Origin: Ignavibacteriota bacterium | GTDB lineage: Bacteria > Bacteroidota > Ignavibacteria > Palsa-1295 | Length of the DNA: 64,000 bases | Direction of reading: 5' to 3' | Assembly: GCA_963787835.1 (NCBI GenBank) | Contig: CAWBEI010000002.1 | Span: forward strand, 352,001-416,000 | Part shown: one piece after another, positions 59,137-64,000 of the stretch | How positions within the stretch are numbered: the stretch's first letter is position 1 | Layout: each line of letters opens with the position of its first letter | The notes under the pieces: generated by a model | The model's database searches: none | What the model was told of the DNA's origin: nothing | The model's input: only the letters and a program-made list of their open reading frames with translations | Made by a program: the position numbers and the translations under genes

Positions 59137-60702
59137 ATGAACAAATACATCCTTAGCTTTCTGCTGCTATTGGCCCTGAGTACCGTGGGGCTTAACTCCA
59201 TCGCGTTCGGACAAAACGGCCCCGAAGTAACCGGTCACAGCTATTGGGGCTTCGACCTTGGCGTTACCGGGTCATCGTATTGGGGAAATAAAAATTTCCT
59301 CTGGCATTTGTATGACCCGAACGAGATCGATCCAAATACCGGGCTCCAGACCAATGTTAACACATATATGCCTTATAATAGCCTTGGCTCGGGACTCGGA
59401 TTTCTCCTCGGCGGAAAAATTGCTTTTCCTCTGAGCAACTCCCTGGATCTTGAGGGTAAACTTCGCTATTTAACCAACTACACCTCCAGCAACGAATCGC
59501 ATACGGTTACGCTGGCCACGGATCCAACGACGAACCAGGTTACAGATCAATCCAACTCATCAAACAACTACACGCTACTTCTTTCGAATTTAAGCCTTGC
59601 CGCGCTCCTTAACTTTCGGCTCGGCGGTGCATGGTATGCGATCGGTGGGCTCGAGTTCTCCGGCCTTCTGAGCAATTCGCTGGGTGCCAACCAAACCCTG
59701 ACCACACCCGGCGAATCCTATTATTTTGCCGGAACACCGGATAAAACCGGCAGCAATATCCTCAACCGGCCAGCGGCCAGTATTTCGGACCGATTTGTTA
59801 CCACGCGCGCAGCGATCCAGATCGGTGCCGGGACTGGGTTCGACCTCTCGAGTTCATCCATGCTGGATCTGGAGTTGCTCTTCAGCATTCCCCTGACTTC
59901 GTGGCTGAACAGCGATGCTCAGACAGACTTAAATGCTACAGCTGCGGGCTACCTTCAACCAGCTATTACGTACCCCAATCTCTGGTATGCCTCGCTCACC
60001 GTTGGCATCCGGTTCCCCTTCGGTGGAACGAACGGCGCCAGCGCCGCCGAGCAACGTGAAGCGACGGAACCAACGAATCCTCCCTCGGATGGCAAGGTTA
60101 CGCTTACGGGAACCGTTACTGACGCAGGCACCGGCAACCCTGTCGAAGCGAATATGACGGTCGTCGATCTGACGAACAACCAGGTGGTTGCCAACGACCA
60201 TACCGACGGCAACGGCCGGTACAACATCCGCGTAAAAGCTCCGGGTAAATATTCCGTCACTGCGGATGCCAATGGGTACTTGTTTGGCACGGCTTATTTC
60301 GAGGTGGACGATCAGGGTCGCATTCTATCGCGCCATCCGAATATCAAGCTCGGACCGGCCTCCGGCAGAACGCGCTTGCTTGTCTTTTTCGATTTTGGCA
60401 AATCAACGCTTAATTCCTCTTCGTATCCCGAGCTGGATCGCGCGGTTCGGCTTATGAAAGCAGTTCCCACGATGGTCGTCGAGATCGCGGGATATACCGA
60501 TAACATCGGCTCCGACGACGTGAATATGAGGATCTCCCTGCAGCGGGCGAACGCGGTGCGTGACTACCTCATCCAAAATGGTGTGGATGGGAGCCGCGTA
60601 TCCGCCAAAGGCTACGGCAAAGATTCCCCCATCGCCGACAACAGCACCGACGAAGGCCGCTCCGAAAACCGCCGTGTAGAGTTCGTCGTGTTGAGAAAAT
60701 AA
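59137..60702 (+). CDS. OmpA-family protein (beta-barrel, carboxypeptidase-regulatory-like domain, OmpA)
   Basis: FFDFGKS.L, EIAGYTD..G....N..IS..RA..V, GYG...P, NRRVEF. Confidence 0.9.
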   Translation: MNKYILSFLLLLALSTVGLNSIAFGQNGPEVTGHSYWGFDLGVTGSSYWGNKNFLWHLYDPNEIDPNTGLQTNVNTYMPYNSLGSGLGFLLGGKIAFPLSNSLDLEGKLRYLTNYTSSNESHTVTLATDPTTNQVTDQSNSSNNYTLLLSNLSLAALLNFRLGGAWYAIGGLEFSGLLSNSLGANQTLTTPGESYYFAGTPDKTGSNILNRPAASISDRFVTTRAAIQIGAGTGFDLSSSSMLDLELLFSIPLTSWLNSDAQTDLNATAAGYLQPAITYPNLWYASLTVGIRFPFGGTNGASAAEQREATEPTNPPSDGKVTLTGTVTDAGTGNPVEANMTVVDLTNNQVVANDHTDGNGRYNIRVKAPGKYSVTADANGYLFGTAYFEVDDQGRILSRHPNIKLGPASGRTRLLVFFDFGKSTLNSSSYPELDRAVRLMKAVPTMVVEIAGYTDNIGSDDVNMRISLQRANAVRDYLIQNGVDGSRVSAKGYGKDSPIADNSTDEGRSENRRVEFVVLRK

Positions 60703-60889
60703 TCGTAGTCCCGAAGAGCCTGCCCTCAGCTTGACTGGGGGGACGAAAGATAATAGCCGGGGGCGCAAGCCCCTGGTTTGCGTTTAAAACGCCGGGTCGG
60801 GTTCGCGTAGGTCGGTGCTTCCAGCCCGACTCCCCCCTGCCGAATTCACCTCCTCCATCCTGTGTTGCAATAAACCAACCACATCCCGA

Positions 60890-62029
60890 ATGCAATTAGA
60901 AATAAAGCCTTCCCACAAACCGATCAAGCAATACTACGCCGCGCTGGCGGAGTTTGAAAAACTTGGCGCCTCGAAGGAAACATCCGTCCGCGCGGCGTTT
61001 CAGGAAATTCTGACCACCTACGCGCGGAAAAAGAAATGGTCCTTCATTGCGGAGGAGGGAATTACGCTTGCCAATGGCAATGCCGGTTCCGTCGATGGAG
61101 CGATCAAAGATGAGTGGGGCGGCATTATCGGATTTTGGGAAGCAAAAGATGAACAGGACGATCTCCGTAAATGGATCGATAAAAAATTCGCAGCAGGCTA
61201 TCCGAGAAATAACATACTCTTCCAGAAACCCACGCTCGCCATACTCATTCAAGATAGCGGCGAGATCGACGAATACGATCTGACAGACGCCGAACGCCTC
61301 GCAGCATGCATTACGGATTTTATCGGATACCGCGCCGAGGAGCAATCGAACTGGGAACAGATCGTCGCGCAGTTCAAGGATAGAATTCCCGAATCGGCCA
61401 AGAAGGTCATCGAAATGATCGAGGTCGAAAAGAAGGATAACGCTCGTTTCAAAAAGGCATTTCAGGATTTTGCAGAACTCTGCCGCGCCGCCATCAATCC
61501 GAACCTCGCGGATGAAGCCGTCGAAGAAATGCTTGTTCAGCATTTACTGACCTCGCGAATTTTTACAAGCGTATTCGAAAACCCGGAATTCGTGCGAAGG
61601 AATGTAATTGCGAGCGAGATCGAAAAAGTGATCGACGCGCTCACCTCGCGCAGTTTCAACCGGCAGCAATTTTTCGCGCCGCTCGACCATTTTTACCGCG
61701 CACTGGAACTGAAAGCAAAATCCATTACCGACTGGAGCCAGAAGCAGGCGTTCCTGAACACCGTGTATGAAAAGTTCTTTCAGGGGTTTGCCGTCAAGGT
61801 GGCCGATACGCACGGCATCGTCTATACGCCGCAGCCCATCGTGGATTTTATGGTGCGCTCGGTGCAGCATATTCTAAAAACGGAGTTCAAACGCTCGCTG
61901 GCAAGCGAAGGCGTGCATATTCTCGACCCGTTTGTGGGAACCGGGAATTTCATCATGCGCATCATCCGCGAAATTGGCAACAACGCAAAAGAGCTCGAAT
62001 CCGAAAGGAACTGGAGCACCTGTTCTTAA
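60890..62029 (+). pseudogene. N-terminal part of a Type ISP/IIL-like restriction-modification enzyme (N6-adenine MTase), truncated
   Basis: DG...EAK nuclease-like motif, LNT.YE.FF, GIVYTP..IVDFM, ILDPFVGTGNF; ends before an NPPY motif. Confidence 0.75.
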
Positions 62030-62042
62030 GTGTTCATAGAGA

Positions 62043-63239
62043 ATGAAAATGAAGAAGAAAGAAGTCAAAATTCTTGATACATTTGCCGGAGCGGGAGGAT
62101 TCAGCCTTGGCTTTAGTCTTGCCGGTGCATCAGTAATTGGCGCAATAGAGTCCGATGAATGGGCTGCCGAGACATTTGCTTTCAACCATCCTGAAAGTAA
62201 TGTGATCGTTGCCGATATTACAAAGCTTAAAAATGCCAAGGTACTCTCGAACTTCGGTTCAGGACAAGTTGACATTCTTCTTGGGGGTCCGCCTTGCCAA
62301 GGCTTCTCGCATGCCAACCGAAATGCTGGCGACCCACATGATCCTCGAAATTCATTGTTCATGGAATTTCTTAGAGTTGCAAAAGTTATACAACCTCGGT
62401 TAGTTATTATGGAGAATGTTCCAAACATTCAAAAAGCCAAGACGAAGTCTGGAGTTCCGGTCGTTGACATTATTCAAAACGAACTACAGAGGATAGGATA
62501 CCATACTTATAGCAAAGTTCTTGAAGCTGTTGATTATGGTGTTCCACAAATACGTAAGCGGTTTTTGGTAATCGGTTCTGCATCCCCTTTATCAAGACCA
62601 TTTCCAAGCGCTACACATAGAATAAGCACTGGGAGCAACCTTTTTGATGAGTCCCTATTGTCCACACCAACTTTGTGGGATGCGATTTCGGATTTACCTG
62701 AAATCGAAGCAGGGGAGGGAGCGGAGCAAATGGAGTATGCCATTCCACCACAAACTGAGTTCCAGCGATTGTTGCGTGAGAATACATCCCATCTTTATAA
62801 TCATAAAGCAATGTCACATTCGAAGAGGATGGTAGAGCGGTTTAAATCAATGTCATGGGGCGATTCAACTTCTGATGTCCCCGAACATTTGATGCCGTTG
62901 AAAAGAAATGGGAATGGCGAGAAATCTGAAAAAGCCTACGACCAAAACAATCGACGAATGTACGCAGATAGGCCATGCCATACGATCGCCGCTTCATTTT
63001 ATGCTAACTTTGTTCATCCATACATTAATAGAAATTTCACCCCACGAGAGGGTGCAAGAATTCAATCATTTCCGGATTGGTATATTTTCAAGGGGAAGCC
63101 AACTGTTGTAAGTCATAAGCTGTTGCAACGAGAGGGACGATTTACTGAGAAGCACCTATGTCAGTATAACCAAATTGGTAATGCGGTACCCCCATTACTA
63201 GCCAAAACATTAGCCTTAAATTTATTCGCTCAACTTTAA
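62043..63239 (+). CDS. C5-cytosine DNA methyltransferase
   Basis: FAGAGG, GGPPCQGFS, MENV, YGVPQ.R.R, RE.ARIQSFP, QIGNAVPP. Confidence 0.96.
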   Translation: MKMKKKEVKILDTFAGAGGFSLGFSLAGASVIGAIESDEWAAETFAFNHPESNVIVADITKLKNAKVLSNFGSGQVDILLGGPPCQGFSHANRNAGDPHDPRNSLFMEFLRVAKVIQPRLVIMENVPNIQKAKTKSGVPVVDIIQNELQRIGYHTYSKVLEAVDYGVPQIRKRFLVIGSASPLSRPFPSATHRISTGSNLFDESLLSTPTLWDAISDLPEIEAGEGAEQMEYAIPPQTEFQRLLRENTSHLYNHKAMSHSKRMVERFKSMSWGDSTSDVPEHLMPLKRNGNGEKSEKAYDQNNRRMYADRPCHTIAASFYANFVHPYINRNFTPREGARIQSFPDWYIFKGKPTVVSHKLLQREGRFTEKHLCQYNQIGNAVPPLLAKTLALNLFAQL

Positions 63240-64000
63240 TGCATGTCCACGGAGACAATCTTAAACAAAAGGAGATTAGTGCCAAGAAGTATTCTGATGT
63301 TAAATCAAAACAACTTCTTGCTAAAATCAGAAAAAGATATGATGCATGGCGTTCGGCAAATGAAGCACTAGCTGGCCCAGGTATCACATCTTCTCGGATA
63401 GATAGAGCCACAATTGAACAACAAGTCAGGCTTTTTACCGAGTACAAGGACTTTCTTGATCATCAGCACTTCGCGGAACACTTTGATTCGAGATCTAATC
63501 TGCATTCAAGTGTGCTTGAAGAATTTTTGTACTACTTGTTTTATGATCTTGTCCAAGAATTTTCAGATTCGGCTCTGGTTGGGAAAGCACATACTTTCAA
63601 AGACATCTTTTTTGCGGCTCCTAATTTTCGTTCGATGGTAAATAATCCCAGCGCGAGAATCGAGAAGAAGGATCACGATTTCGTCATTGGAGTCACCGTA
63701 AACGCCAATTTAAAATGCGAAGGCTCAGATATCATCGAAAATCACGTCATCCAGATTCCTGCTATTGCCGTTGAATGCAAAACGTATCTTGACAAGACAA
63801 TGCTCGAGGGATCAAGCAGTGCTGCCGAACAGCTCAAATTGAGAAGCCCTAATTCTCTTTACATTGTCGTTGCTGAATGGTTGAAGCTCACGGAATCGAT
63901 CAATCTTAGAAAATTTAAGGTTGATCAGATTTATGTCCTACGAAAGCAAAAAAATACTGACAGAGAATTCAGATATCTTCCGAGTTACGTTAAAAATCCT
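63239..64000 (+). CDS. Bpu10I-family restriction endonuclease, runs off the window (missing from the ORF track)
   Basis: TAATG overlap; MHVHGDNL.., SSVLEEF, KDHDF.IG, AVECKTYLDKTML, LRKQK. Confidence 0.85.
   Translation, partial: MHVHGDNLKQKEISAKKYSDVKSKQLLAKIRKRYDAWRSANEALAGPGITSSRIDRATIEQQVRLFTEYKDFLDHQHFAEHFDSRSNLHSSVLEEFLYYLFYDLVQEFSDSALVGKAHTFKDIFFAAPNFRSMVNNPSARIEKKDHDFVIGVTVNANLKCEGSDIIENHVIQIPAIAVECKTYLDKTMLEGSSSAAEQLKLRSPNSLYIVVAEWLKLTESINLRKFKVDQIYVLRKQKNTDREFRYLPSYVKNP

Noticed and set aside
63414-63641. 75-aa ORF in the track
   Set aside because: Out-of-frame overlap with the Bpu10I-family gene

Overview
A 64-kb chromosomal window, probably from a Bacteroidota/Ignavibacteria-related bacterium (Kapabacteria-like). 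This is inferred from the many T9SS C-terminal sorting domains, barrel+OmpA proteins, the DUF1800/DUF1501 pair and ybeY-DUF494-xerC-hpf synteny. Housekeeping genes (recA, recX, xerC, hpf, ybeY, degP, pduO, hmgA, msrC, prmA, ppx, iscS, two ECF sigma/anti-sigma pairs) alternate with visibly AT-richer secreted-protein genes. The left edge has an atypical tRNA-Glu, a probable IS1-type terminus and a Y1/RAYT-like transposase in ~95-bp inverted repeats. The right edge has a truncated Type ISP-like MTase followed by a C5-MTase and a Bpu10I-family nuclease. The main observation is a dense set of at least 8 REP-like palindrome families. Many copies sit in frame inside protein genes (twice in XerC, twice in Ppx/GppA, in signal-peptide n-regions and in a T9SS CTD) and some nest inside each other. 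Other leads: an ECF sigma coupled to a membrane protein with duplicated T9SS-CTD modules, GC breaks at the CTD PNPF motif, a MazF-type TA module between direct repeats, and two split genes that both stop at +1-shift-prone codons. GC statements are by eye and family names come from motif recognition, not database searches.
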